Shown one piece after another: positions 18,999-28,035 of a DNA stretch of 64,000 nt. The translations under genes and the position numbers were made by a program. The stretch's first letter is position 1. Every line of letters begins with the position of its first letter. Source of the DNA: Candidatus Thorarchaeota archaeon (GTDB lineage: Archaea > Asgardarchaeota > Thorarchaeia > Thorarchaeales > Thorarchaeaceae). Location: positions 1 through 64,000 of the forward strand of contig DXJO01000001.1 of the NCBI GenBank assembly GCA_019057475.1, in the 5' to 3' direction. A model generated the notes under the pieces. That model did no database searches. It was not told the origin of the DNA and worked only from the letters and a program-made list of their open reading frames with translations.

Positions 18999-19592
18999 AT
19001 GAATGAAAGCAATCACAAACGGGTGCTAGGAATCGTCGGAAGCCCGCGGCGTGGAGGACATACGGAAATTCTAGTTGATGAAGTACTTGCTGGTGCTGCA
19101 AGAGCAGGCGCAGTCACGGAGAAGGTCATCCTGAGCGAGCTAGATATTCTGCCTTGCAAAGCCTTCGATGCGTGCAAGGGTGGGAAGGATTGTGTACAGC
19201 AAGACGATATGGCGGAGCTCTTGGTGAAGATGGACCAGAGTCAAGTATGGGTCTTGGGCACACCTATCTACTGGTGGGGCCCAACAGCGCAGTTCAAGGC
19301 GTTCCTTGATAGGTGGTATGGAGCTAATCACGCAAGATTTCAAGGGCGTTCAGTCATCTTGATCATACCATTTGGGGGTGGGAATGAGGGATATGCAAGT
19401 CATGTCTTGGGGATGCTCAATGATGTCATTGGCTATCTGGGACTGAAGCATATTGCGACTGTGCTTGCGCCGGGTGTACATAAAAGCGGAGCAGTACGCC
19501 AGCATCCTAAAAAACTGGCTGCCGCTCGTCGAGCAGGTCAGGAAGCTGCCGCAGGACTTGGCCCTCGCATGCGAGTTGAGAGGCGTCATTAA
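18999..19592 (+). CDS. Flavodoxin family protein (paralog of 16018-16584)
   Basis: GSPRRGGHT, CKAFDAC (second Cys replaced by Phe), GTPIYW, FLDR. Confidence 0.9.
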   Translation: MNESNHKRVLGIVGSPRRGGHTEILVDEVLAGAARAGAVTEKVILSELDILPCKAFDACKGGKDCVQQDDMAELLVKMDQSQVWVLGTPIYWWGPTAQFKAFLDRWYGANHARFQGRSVILIIPFGGGNEGYASHVLGMLNDVIGYLGLKHIATVLAPGVHKSGAVRQHPKKLAAARRAGQEAAAGLGPRMRVERRH

Positions 19593-20635
19593 TGATGAAG
19601 ACCATGAAGCTTGGCAGGACAAACCTGGTGATTTCCAGGATAGGAGTGGGAGGCATTCCAATTACTCGCCTCTCCGAAAGCAAAGCCGTAGAAGTATTGC
19701 GGCGCTGTTTCGATCTTGGCGTTACATTTGTCGATACGGCCAACGCTTACGGATCCAGCGAAGAGCGCATTGGGAAGGCGATTACTGGATATCGAAACAA
19801 AGTGGTCATCGCCACAAAGACCGGGGGCCGGAGCAAAACCACGGCCTTGGAACATCTGGAGTTGAGCCTTCAACGTCTGCAGACGGATTACATTGACCTG
19901 TGGCAGCTTCACAACCTTAGCACCTTCAAGGTGTACAAACGGGTTCTGCGATCAGGTGGGGCAATGGAAGCGGCTCAGGAAGCCTTGAAGACAGGGAAGA
20001 TTCGGCACATTGGCATGAGCAGCCATTCATTGGATGTGGCGCTGCATGCAGTTCCTTCAGGCAATTTCGAAACAATCCAATTCCCGTTCAACTTCGTAAA
20101 TACCGAAGCAGCAGACGAGCTGATTCCTTTATGCCAAGAACATGATATCGGCTTTATAGCCATGAAACCTTTCGCGGGTGGCCAATTGAGCGATGCCGAC
20201 TTAGTCATCAAATATCTGCTGCAGTTCGATGGTGTTGTGCCAGATCCGGGGGTCAAGGAGTGCAGAGAGATTGAAGAGATCGTGGACATAGTCAACGGGT
20301 CATGGAAGCTTACGCCGCGGGAAAATGGGAAGATAGAGGAAATTCGTTTCAAGCTGGGTAGACGGTTCTGCCAGTGGTGTGGTTACTGTCAACCTTGCCC
20401 TCAGGATATTGACATCCCGCACTTGATGAACACCCGGAACATTCGAAGCTATGGAGAAGGCTTCTTCAAACGCGTTGCGCGTGCAGTGGAAGCTGGTAGA
20501 AACTGTGTCGAATGCGGTGAATGCGAGGAGAAATGTCCCTATCATCTGCCAATTCGTGAAACGATTGCAGAGAATATTGAATTCTTCGACAGACTCATGC
20601 AAGAGGTGGAACGACCTTGGGAAGAGGCAAATTGA
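19592..20635 (+). CDS. Aldo-keto reductase with C-terminal 4Fe-4S dicluster
   Basis: DTANAYG, TDYIDLWQLHN; CQWCGYCQPCP and CVECGECEEKCP. Confidence 0.95.
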   Translation: MMKTMKLGRTNLVISRIGVGGIPITRLSESKAVEVLRRCFDLGVTFVDTANAYGSSEERIGKAITGYRNKVVIATKTGGRSKTTALEHLELSLQRLQTDYIDLWQLHNLSTFKVYKRVLRSGGAMEAAQEALKTGKIRHIGMSSHSLDVALHAVPSGNFETIQFPFNFVNTEAADELIPLCQEHDIGFIAMKPFAGGQLSDADLVIKYLLQFDGVVPDPGVKECREIEEIVDIVNGSWKLTPRENGKIEEIRFKLGRRFCQWCGYCQPCPQDIDIPHLMNTRNIRSYGEGFFKRVARAVEAGRNCVECGECEEKCPYHLPIRETIAENIEFFDRLMQEVERPWEEAN

Positions 20636-20759
20636 CCGGGAATGAGCTCGCACGCCACTTTGATGTTTGCCGCCAACTTCAAGCAGCGTTCCCCATGGCT
20701 CGCCAGTACCTAGAGTGCTCTCGCGAGAACACATCTCTCGGCTTCCTTGGAGGGCCTCT

Positions 20760-21989
20760 CTATCTCTTCCTATAGAACACGACTCTTAACATCCACTCAT
20801 GCGCGATACTCTCTCTCAACCCATCAGGAATGTTGTTATCCATAGCATTCATAATTACCTTCTCGATTGCCCCATGTTCATTGCTTCGTATGAACTCGAT
20901 TTCCTGAGCCTTCCGCGCGAACTCACCCAGTTTGTGTCTCAGGGATTCGTCATCACTGGACATAAGGCTCAACCATTCTGGCGGGATTTTGTCAGTCACA
21001 ACCATGTGAATCAAATCCTCAAGATTCGCTAGACGGTCCTTCAAGGTCCCCAACTCTGATGTGCTCTCATTCATTCGCCGCCCACAACTCATGCAGACCC
21101 TTGCCAATGCGTCATTATTCTCCTTGCAGTGGGGGCACTCACGAAGAGTCATCATAGGTTCAAACGTGCCGTTATCTTCCAAACCATATGCTTTGGACCG
21201 TAGTTCTCTCTCAACATCGACCTGACTTAGATGGATGTAGACGGATTCCATCATACTCCCCGGTCTCCAACCAGCGAACTTACGCAGATGTTCTCCTCTG
21301 ATTCCCAGTTTCACCAACTCGGTCAATCTGGAGTGCCTGAACATATGGCAAGTCTTTCGTTTTTTGAGACCGGCCCGTGATACAATCTTCTTCACGACTT
21401 GGAAGAGACCCGTGTAAGACAGTGTTGATAGTTCACCCTTCAGAGTGACCCAGGTCGATCCTTCTCCTGTGGGATGTGCCTCAATCCACGCCTTAAGTGA
21501 AGGAACAGAACGATACAACAAGAGTTCGCGAACGCCAGTCTTGCCTGTCACTGTGATGTGTGCTGTCTTATCTTCGTTGAATCGCACATCTTCGATTTTC
21601 ATGGATAACAGTTCCGATGCCCGCGCCGCCGACTCGTATAAAACGCGAACAACGGCTCTGTCTCTCGTCTCATATGCCGATGCGAATATCAATTCTAATT
21701 CCTTTGCCGTGAACAGGTCTTTGACAGTAACACCCTCGACCTTGGGCAGGGCAACCTTATCGAGTTCATCAGTCGGAAGACTCAACCATTTTAGCACTCG
21801 TCTGGCGGCCTTCTTTTCATTGCGAACCGTCTGCGGGCTGACCTCCTGCATCCGGTCCCGTAGCCATTTCGGTGTGAGACCCATTGGTGGCGGAAGTCGT
21901 GATAGCATAGCGCGTAGATTCCTAAGAGTACTCGGTTTGACGTGGGACATTGTGACCAAGAAACGTTTGTAATCCTTATGTAGAACCAT
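20760..21989 (-). CDS. Tyrosine recombinase/integrase with C-terminal zinc ribbon
   Basis: Full catalytic set: YESAARASEL (R), GKTG (K), HMFRHSR (HxxR), AGW, SVYIH (Y); CPHC..CMSC ribbon; GGTGA RBS before ATG 21989. Confidence 0.95.
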   Translation of the reverse strand: MVLHKDYKRFLVTMSHVKPSTLRNLRAMLSRLPPPMGLTPKWLRDRMQEVSPQTVRNEKKAARRVLKWLSLPTDELDKVALPKVEGVTVKDLFTAKELELIFASAYETRDRAVVRVLYESAARASELLSMKIEDVRFNEDKTAHITVTGKTGVRELLLYRSVPSLKAWIEAHPTGEGSTWVTLKGELSTLSYTGLFQVVKKIVSRAGLKKRKTCHMFRHSRLTELVKLGIRGEHLRKFAGWRPGSMMESVYIHLSQVDVERELRSKAYGLEDNGTFEPMMTLRECPHCKENNDALARVCMSCGRRMNESTSELGTLKDRLANLEDLIHMVVTDKIPPEWLSLMSSDDESLRHKLGEFARKAQEIEFIRSNEHGAIEKVIMNAMDNNIPDGLRESIAHEWMLRVVFYRKR

Positions 21990-22038
21990 AGTTTCACCTG
22001 CAATTACCACACAGAAATCGCAGATAAGACTTATGTTG

Positions 22039-22347
22039 CTATCCTAATGAGTCTCGAAGACTCATCGACATCTTTTGCTCAAGATGTTCTTTGAAACAAG
22101 CTAGACCATAGACAAGCCCTGCAATCGTCTTAGCACTCTCAACCTTGCGGCCATCGACGAACGATGGAACCGCATTCACCGGCTCGTAGCCGTTCTCCGA
22201 CCATTCGACGTTCTTCTTCGAAGACCCGTAGTAACCTATCTCTGGAAATTCGCCGTTATTTATCGTGTCAGCGAGTGTGCCAAGCACATCATCAATGAGT
22301 GACATTACTTCTGGTGTGGTTGCTGAATTGCTTCCTTTTTTCATCAC
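22039..22347 (-). pseudogene. top6A: DNA topoisomerase VI subunit A, 5' fragment only (102 aa)
   Basis: Directly downstream of top6B; SAKTIAGLVYGL..FKEHLEQKMSMSLRD matches the Top6A/Spo11 region preceding the (T/S)LR(D/E)xYY catalytic motif, then SLG-stop. Confidence 0.75.
22047..22065. other. Putative att site: ATGAGT-CTCGAAG-ACTCAT (6-bp inverted arms, 7-bp spacer)
   Basis: Palindrome coincides with the point where top6A similarity ends, about 60 bp upstream of the integrase start. Confidence 0.7.
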
Positions 22348-22359
22348 TTGAAGACCCTC

Positions 22360-23964
22360 CTAGTTTCCAAGAAGATTGACCAGAGAAACCTCTTGATCTG
22401 TCGCCATGCCCAGCGTTTCTGCTATGAATTCATAGTAGCCAACTAATCTGCTCTCTCGCCTTTCTTGCTGATGCACCCTTCGTTTCCGCCTAACGCCTTC
22501 GCCAAGTTTTCTCAAACAATCCTTGAGTCCGAGGTCAATCTCCCGACGAACCACGTCGATATCTCCGATGAACTCCTTACCCACCGTCTTGTAAGGGATC
22601 TTGGTGGAGCAAATGTGTACAAAGAAGGCGAGAGGGTCATCCTGACGAAGACCATAATTCTTGAGATTAAGCTCCCTAATGACTTGGCTAGATACATCGG
22701 TGCGTTCGTCGTACAACAACGGAATGCGGTTTGCAAATCTGTACAGTCTTATGGCTGGTGTTAGTTCACCACCGTAGGCAGCGCCGATTTCCACAATGAA
22801 TGGATGTCCTTCATAGACACTGGGCGGTCTCTGTCGTACTACAACGAACTCCGGCTTGAGCCTTCTAATCCCCGCCTCCAGCACATCGAGGCCTGCAGGT
22901 GAAAGCGACTTGCTGGAGGGAGCTAGAAAACCGCCGTATGCCTCGAGTTTTTTCATCATGTGAACAAGATTCTCATTGCTTAATGCCTTGGGCGCGGCTG
23001 CTGGGTCCAAACCAGCTGAAGCTAGGAATTTCTCAGCTGTTGATTCGCCCATTCTCTGGAAAGAGCCCCTTAGGAATGACTTGAGCGTGCTCCTGCGCGA
23101 CTCCTTTATCATTCTCTTGAGCATCTCAACGTCTATCCCTCTTGGATGCGGCTTCGCCTCCTTTGGCTGTTGTGGCAGCGTTTCTATGATTCGAGTCAGT
23201 TGAAGTGACTCTCCGTCGGGGTTATCGAAGCGCATAGATGCGTATGGAACGATCATGCTTGTCTGCAAGAAGTACTCCGTAATGCGCCGTTTGCTACGGA
23301 ACCAATCCCCTTGCAGATAAAATTCGATGGTAGTACCATGTTCTCTTGGATCCTTTGGCTGTTGCTCTTCATGAACCAATATTGGTTCGTTATTCTCAAT
23401 GTCCAGCCTCATCACGATTTTGTGCTTGCTTTCTTCTCCGATGCGTCCGGTTGTTATCTTGATTGGTCTTTGAGTTGTAATTTGACCATAGAGAAGAGCA
23501 AGGCTGCCACCGAGACCGAAGGTGCCTCGACTCTGCTTTAGAGTGAACCTAGTTGAAGTGAGCATCCTGCCCAGGAGTCGAGGGGCGTCTTCTCTCCTGA
23601 TTCCTGATCCGTTATCTTGGATGCGGAGTCCAAAAACCTGCGGGCCTCTTAGAATATCCTCTGCTTCTGAGGAATCCGTTTTCAAATGCTGCAATGACAC
23701 GTGCACTTCGGGTAGCACTTCCGTGCCTTCGCAGGCATCTAGACTATTTTCAACGAGCTCTCTAACAGAAACATAGAGCGATCTTGCGGGGTTGTCGAAA
23801 CCAGCTATCGTTCGATTCCTGTAGAACCATGCTGATACTGATAATTCTACGACGTCCGAGTCTGAGTGGCGCAATGACTGCAATATGGAGGCTCCTGTAT
23901 TTTCTACAGGACGTCTTCGGTGAAATCGGGCTATGAAGCGTGGTATTATCCATACGACATTCAA
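22360..23964 (-). CDS. top6B: DNA topoisomerase VI subunit B
   Basis: VRELVENSLDACE, DNGSGI, QSRGTFGLG, RFANRIPLLYD, STKIPYKTVGKE; true start may be somewhat downstream. Confidence 0.97.
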   Translation of the reverse strand: MNVVWIIPRFIARFHRRRPVENTGASILQSLRHSDSDVVELSVSAWFYRNRTIAGFDNPARSLYVSVRELVENSLDACEGTEVLPEVHVSLQHLKTDSSEAEDILRGPQVFGLRIQDNGSGIRREDAPRLLGRMLTSTRFTLKQSRGTFGLGGSLALLYGQITTQRPIKITTGRIGEESKHKIVMRLDIENNEPILVHEEQQPKDPREHGTTIEFYLQGDWFRSKRRITEYFLQTSMIVPYASMRFDNPDGESLQLTRIIETLPQQPKEAKPHPRGIDVEMLKRMIKESRRSTLKSFLRGSFQRMGESTAEKFLASAGLDPAAAPKALSNENLVHMMKKLEAYGGFLAPSSKSLSPAGLDVLEAGIRRLKPEFVVVRQRPPSVYEGHPFIVEIGAAYGGELTPAIRLYRFANRIPLLYDERTDVSSQVIRELNLKNYGLRQDDPLAFFVHICSTKIPYKTVGKEFIGDIDVVRREIDLGLKDCLRKLGEGVRRKRRVHQQERRESRLVGYYEFIAETLGMATDQEVSLVNLLGN

Positions 23965-24869
23965 TTAGAATTGTGGGACAATGAAGAAGCCAAACAGTAG
24001 AAGTGCTGCAAGCGCTACTGTTAGTGCGGCCCACACCGCTGTATTCCACATCTTGACTGTGGCCCCATCGAATGGTTGTATGGGGATCATATTGAAGGCA
24101 CCAAGCATCGCGTTGAGGATGAGTCCGTAGCGAAGCACGGATAGCATGAGATTAGTCACAGGGTCTATTACTGGAACCCCAACTGCTGCCACTAGCAGCA
24201 GCATTCCGATTGCAATTCCTGCGGCGATGATGAAATTCGTTAGTGGACCCGCCAGGTTTACCTTTCCATCTTCCTCCAAGCTCTTGGCCCTACTAGTTGC
24301 TACAACTCCTGTTCCAAAGATTGGGAATGACCAGAGGATTGCCAACGCTGATAGGAGGTAACCCTGCTGAGTCATGCGGAATTCACTCCATTGTCCATAG
24401 TGCTGAGCGACAAATTTGTGGGCCATCTCGTGTGCCATGAAGGACACCAAGAAGATGCAAATCGTGATTGTAGGGTACCACCAGAAACCAACGCTGACGA
24501 AGTAGATCAATCGCGGAATAGCATTGAATATGCCGCTTGGATATCCCATCATTGAAATGCCAACTAGCACAACTAGGATGGAAGCAATCGCCAAGTCCCT
24601 CTTCTCAGTGGAGGAGAACCTCGCACGGCCGGTTGGTCGCCTTATTGTGCGTCTTTGACTGGAACGTTCATGCACAGGCCGCAGCACTTCCTCCTCAGTG
24701 TACTGTTCACTGAACGAATCAGCAACCTTCCGCCTCGCGTGGTCGCGGGCCTTTTCCATAGCTGGACAACCGTGGCTCTCCGGTAATCTGTGGTCTGCAC
24801 AAAAGACGCAATTGCAATACGGACATGTGAAAGCGAGGTCGTCCTTCCCGCAGAGTGAGCAGTTCACCA
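23965..24869 (-). CDS. AN1-type zinc finger fused to an M50/site-2-protease-like membrane metalloprotease
   Basis: CSLC...FTCPYCNCVFCADHRLPESHGC; HEMAH and NMIPIQPFDG; multiple TM helices. Confidence 0.88.
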
Positions 24870-25028
24870 TTCTAGATACACCATGAAGCTGTCGAGTTTC
24901 GTTGTACTCGCGGTAAGGCAAGTTCTTTGTGTTAATATTCGTATTCCTAGTGGACATTGGAAGCCGTCCGCTTGATTACCTGTCACAGCTGGAAAACATT
25001 CTATGCTTCGTAACGCTTATATACCAAA

Positions 25029-25070
25029 TGGTCCCTAGTAACTACAGTACTAGTTGGTCCCTAGCGGACC
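25029..25070. promoter_or_regulatory. Repeat/palindrome cluster immediately downstream of the TATA box of hsp20-cdc48
   Basis: TGGTCCCTAG direct repeat (25029, 25055); AACTA-N6-TAGTT; GGTCC-N5-GGACC; CTTATATA at 25016-25023. Confidence 0.5.
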
Positions 25071-25161
25071 TGCTGGCATACATGCACAGAATGGAGCCCC
25101 AAAGGTGACTCTTAGGGCGGCAAAGCACCGCCCGGGGCTTCAAAAAAAGAGGCTTGTAACC

Positions 25162-25602
25162 ATGATTGAAGATGATTTCGATAAGATAGTACGCCATATG
25201 TTCGAGAGCTTTTTCTCCCGCTCAAGGGGTTTGAGCGAAGAGGGAAGCACAACCACGAGGTTTCAATTCGAATCAATAGGTGTACCCAGCCTTGGCACCA
25301 ACTCGGGAACTGCCGAAACGGAGCCCAAGGTTGAAACGGTCGATCTCGGTGACACCTGCATATTCGTTGTTGAAAACGCATCCGCGAGCCAAGCCCCACT
25401 GGTACGAGTTGAAGGTAGAGAGTTGTTAGTGGAGTTCGGAACCGAACAAGGGAAACAGATGAAGATTGAGCTTCCTTATGCTGTCGATGTTGAGAAGTCG
25501 AGCTTCTCTCACCGCAACGGAATCACTGAGATTAGCATTGTCCGTGCGGTAGATGAGAGTAGTAGTTCTGATACAAATGAACGATACCTGAGAAGTTTGT
25601 AG
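25162..25602 (+). CDS. Hsp20/alpha-crystallin-like small heat-shock protein
   Basis: IELPYAVDVEKSSFSHRNGITEI motif; position upstream of cdc48 as in many archaea. Confidence 0.8.
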   Translation: MIEDDFDKIVRHMFESFFSRSRGLSEEGSTTTRFQFESIGVPSLGTNSGTAETEPKVETVDLGDTCIFVVENASASQAPLVRVEGRELLVEFGTEQGKQMKIELPYAVDVEKSSFSHRNGITEISIVRAVDESSSSDTNERYLRSL

Positions 25603-25620
25603 GAATGGAGTGTAGCTAAG

Positions 25621-27807
25621 TTGACAAAAGAAATAATTAAACTCAAAGTGGCCGCTGCAATGCCGAAAGATCAAGGCCGCAGCATAGTCCGGCTAAATTC
25701 AGATGTACGGAATCGGTTGGGCGTCAGGTCAGGCGACTTTGTTTTGCTGAAGGGCGAGAAGGAAACTGTCGCTGTGTGTTGGCCTGGATTACAGGAAGAC
25801 GAAGTGCTTAACATGGTCAGAATGGACGGACTGATCAGAAGCAACGCTGGTGTTAAGCTGGGTGAAGCTATCGAAGTTAGCCCCTTCAATGTACCGGAGG
25901 CTACTCGCGTTGTACTAGCCCCAAGCCAGCCGGTACGATTTCAGAAAGGCTTCGAGCAATACGTGAAACAGCAAATCACAAACAAGCCAATCACAAGAGG
26001 CGATATACTGGTGGTTGCGTCAATCGGACAAGGGCTACAATTTGTGGCAACTGCTGTTTCTCCAAGCAAGCATGTGCGAGTTACTTCCACAACTACTGTG
26101 GAGGTTCTCACGAAGCCAGCCAAGCCGGAGGATGTCAATGTGCCTGCCGTGAATTACGAGGACATTGGAGGTCTGGGCAAGGAGCTTCAGAAAATTCGAG
26201 AGATGATTGAGCTCCCAATGAAGTCACCGGAGCTCTTCAAGCGTCTCGGAATCTCGCCACCGAAGGGAGTGCTTCTCCATGGTCCTCCAGGGACTGGCAA
26301 GACGTTGATAGCCCAAGCTGTCGCGAATGAATCGGGTGCGAACTTTAAGGTCATCAACGGCCCCGAGATTATGTCCAAGTTCTATGGTGAATCGGAACAG
26401 AAGATGCGCGACCTCTTTGAGGAAGCTGAAAAGAATGCGCCAAGCATAATCTTCATCGATGAACTGGATAGCATTGCCCCCAAGCGCGCAGAGGTGACTG
26501 GTGAGGTTGAGCGCAGAGTAGTTGCTCAGCTTCTCGCTCTGATGGATGGTCTTGCAGGTCGGGGCCAAGTTATTGTCATAGGCGCCACGAATAGAGTTGA
26601 TGATATCGACGAGGCGCTCAGGAGACCTGGACGATTCGATAGGGAAATTGAGATTGGGGTCCCTGACAAGAAGGGTAGACTTGAGATTCTCCAAATACAT
26701 ACGAGGTCTATGCCTTTGGAAGAGGGTCTTGACTTGGAGAAGCTGGCCGCAATTACACATGGGTTTGTTGGCGCTGACCTCTCAGCGTTGGCGCGTGAAG
26801 CGGCGATGCAGGCTTTGAAACGAGCGTTACCTCATGTGGACCCGGAAACAGGTGACATCCCCCCGGATATTCTCAACGACCTCTTCGTCACCCAGATTGA
26901 CTTTGACACAGCAGTTGCTGATGTTTCGCCCTCTGCATTGAGAGAATTGCTTGTAGAGCGGCCAAATGTACTTTGGACGGATGTGGGCGGCCTTGAGAAG
27001 GTCAAAGGACAACTCAGAGAGGCTATTGAGGCTCCACTCAAGCATCCAGAGGTCTTTGAGGAGATGGGCATTCGATCACCAAAGGGAGTGCTATTGTTTG
27101 GCCCACCGGGAACCGGCAAGACACTCCTGGCAAAGGCAGTAGCTACTGAGAGTGAAGCCAACTTTATCTCAGTCCGCGGCCCTGAGATCTTCAACAAGTA
27201 CGTTGGCGAGTCCGAAAAAGCCATTCGTGACATCTTCAAGAAAGCTCGTCAAACGGCGCCGTGTATTCTGTTCTTTGATGAAATAGATGCAATCATGAGT
27301 GCCAGAGGAATGCGAGATGATACCGGAGTTAGCCAGAGAATCGTGAACCAGTTCCTCGCGGAACTTGACGGTATGCACACCCTGCGAAACGTTCTAGTCA
27401 TCGGCGCAACGAATCGTGCGGATATCTTGGACCCCGCGGTTCTGCGTCCAGGTAGATTCGATGCGATTGTGTTCGTTCCCCCACCCGATAAGGCAGCACT
27501 CATCGAGATTCTGAAGGTCCATACAAAGAGTATGCCTCTTGCTGATGATGTGGACTTGGAGAAGATAGCTAGCATGGCCGAGGGGTTCTCGGGTGCAGAC
27601 ATCGAGGGATTGACTCGAGAAGCCGCCATGGCTGCAGTCAGAGACGATTGGAAGGCAAAGCCGGTTGCGATGAAACACTTTGAAGCGGCAATGCAAGAGG
27701 TTCGACCAAGCATCTCTTCTGGTGATATCAAACGATACCACTCGATTGCTGAACAGGTGTTCCGAAGGCAACCTCACAGGGATGAAACTGCTGCTGCATA
27801 CATTTAG
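25621..27807 (+). CDS. cdc48: CDC48/VCP/p97-family AAA+ ATPase
   Basis: N-domain DQGRSIVRL; two AAA modules, GPPGTGKT / IIFIDE / RPGRFD and GPPGTGKT / LFFDE / RPGRFD. Confidence 0.98.
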   Translation: MTKEIIKLKVAAAMPKDQGRSIVRLNSDVRNRLGVRSGDFVLLKGEKETVAVCWPGLQEDEVLNMVRMDGLIRSNAGVKLGEAIEVSPFNVPEATRVVLAPSQPVRFQKGFEQYVKQQITNKPITRGDILVVASIGQGLQFVATAVSPSKHVRVTSTTTVEVLTKPAKPEDVNVPAVNYEDIGGLGKELQKIREMIELPMKSPELFKRLGISPPKGVLLHGPPGTGKTLIAQAVANESGANFKVINGPEIMSKFYGESEQKMRDLFEEAEKNAPSIIFIDELDSIAPKRAEVTGEVERRVVAQLLALMDGLAGRGQVIVIGATNRVDDIDEALRRPGRFDREIEIGVPDKKGRLEILQIHTRSMPLEEGLDLEKLAAITHGFVGADLSALAREAAMQALKRALPHVDPETGDIPPDILNDLFVTQIDFDTAVADVSPSALRELLVERPNVLWTDVGGLEKVKGQLREAIEAPLKHPEVFEEMGIRSPKGVLLFGPPGTGKTLLAKAVATESEANFISVRGPEIFNKYVGESEKAIRDIFKKARQTAPCILFFDEIDAIMSARGMRDDTGVSQRIVNQFLAELDGMHTLRNVLVIGATNRADILDPAVLRPGRFDAIVFVPPPDKAALIEILKVHTKSMPLADDVDLEKIASMAEGFSGADIEGLTREAAMAAVRDDWKAKPVAMKHFEAAMQEVRPSISSGDIKRYHSIAEQVFRRQPHRDETAAAYI

Positions 27808-28035
27808 AGTACCGACTTAGGTGTGAGCGATTTGTCTTGCACCCTTAGTCACTTTCTTTTCAATCAGGCAACACCGTGAAGCTTGAACATCAAAGTGAGT
27901 ATTCACGCTTGATGTTCGATTGTCAGATCAGCGCGTAGGGTCCGTCAAGCCGCCCGTGAAATACAGTCACGATAGCCTTTTGAGCCGCAGAGAGGAGCTC
28001 TCCTAGAATCCCAAGAACACAGGTGAACTAAGCGC

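Larger units (their letters stand above)
2239..22065. mobile_element. Integrative element / genomic island inserted in top6A (left boundary uncertain, may lie beyond the window)
   Basis: Integrase adjacent to a truncated host gene and att-like palindrome; mosaic GC, many pseudogenes, RHH pair, defence remnants. Confidence 0.7.

Noticed and set aside
2700-20700. Integron cassette array
   Set aside because: No recurring attC-like repeat was found between genes, orientations are mixed, and the integrase has a Zn-ribbon tail rather than IntI features.
1-20760. Second att copy or 3' half of top6A inside the window
   Set aside because: By-eye search found no matching core with an in-frame YY/TOPRIM continuation; partial matches (about 4307, 9534) lack the arms.
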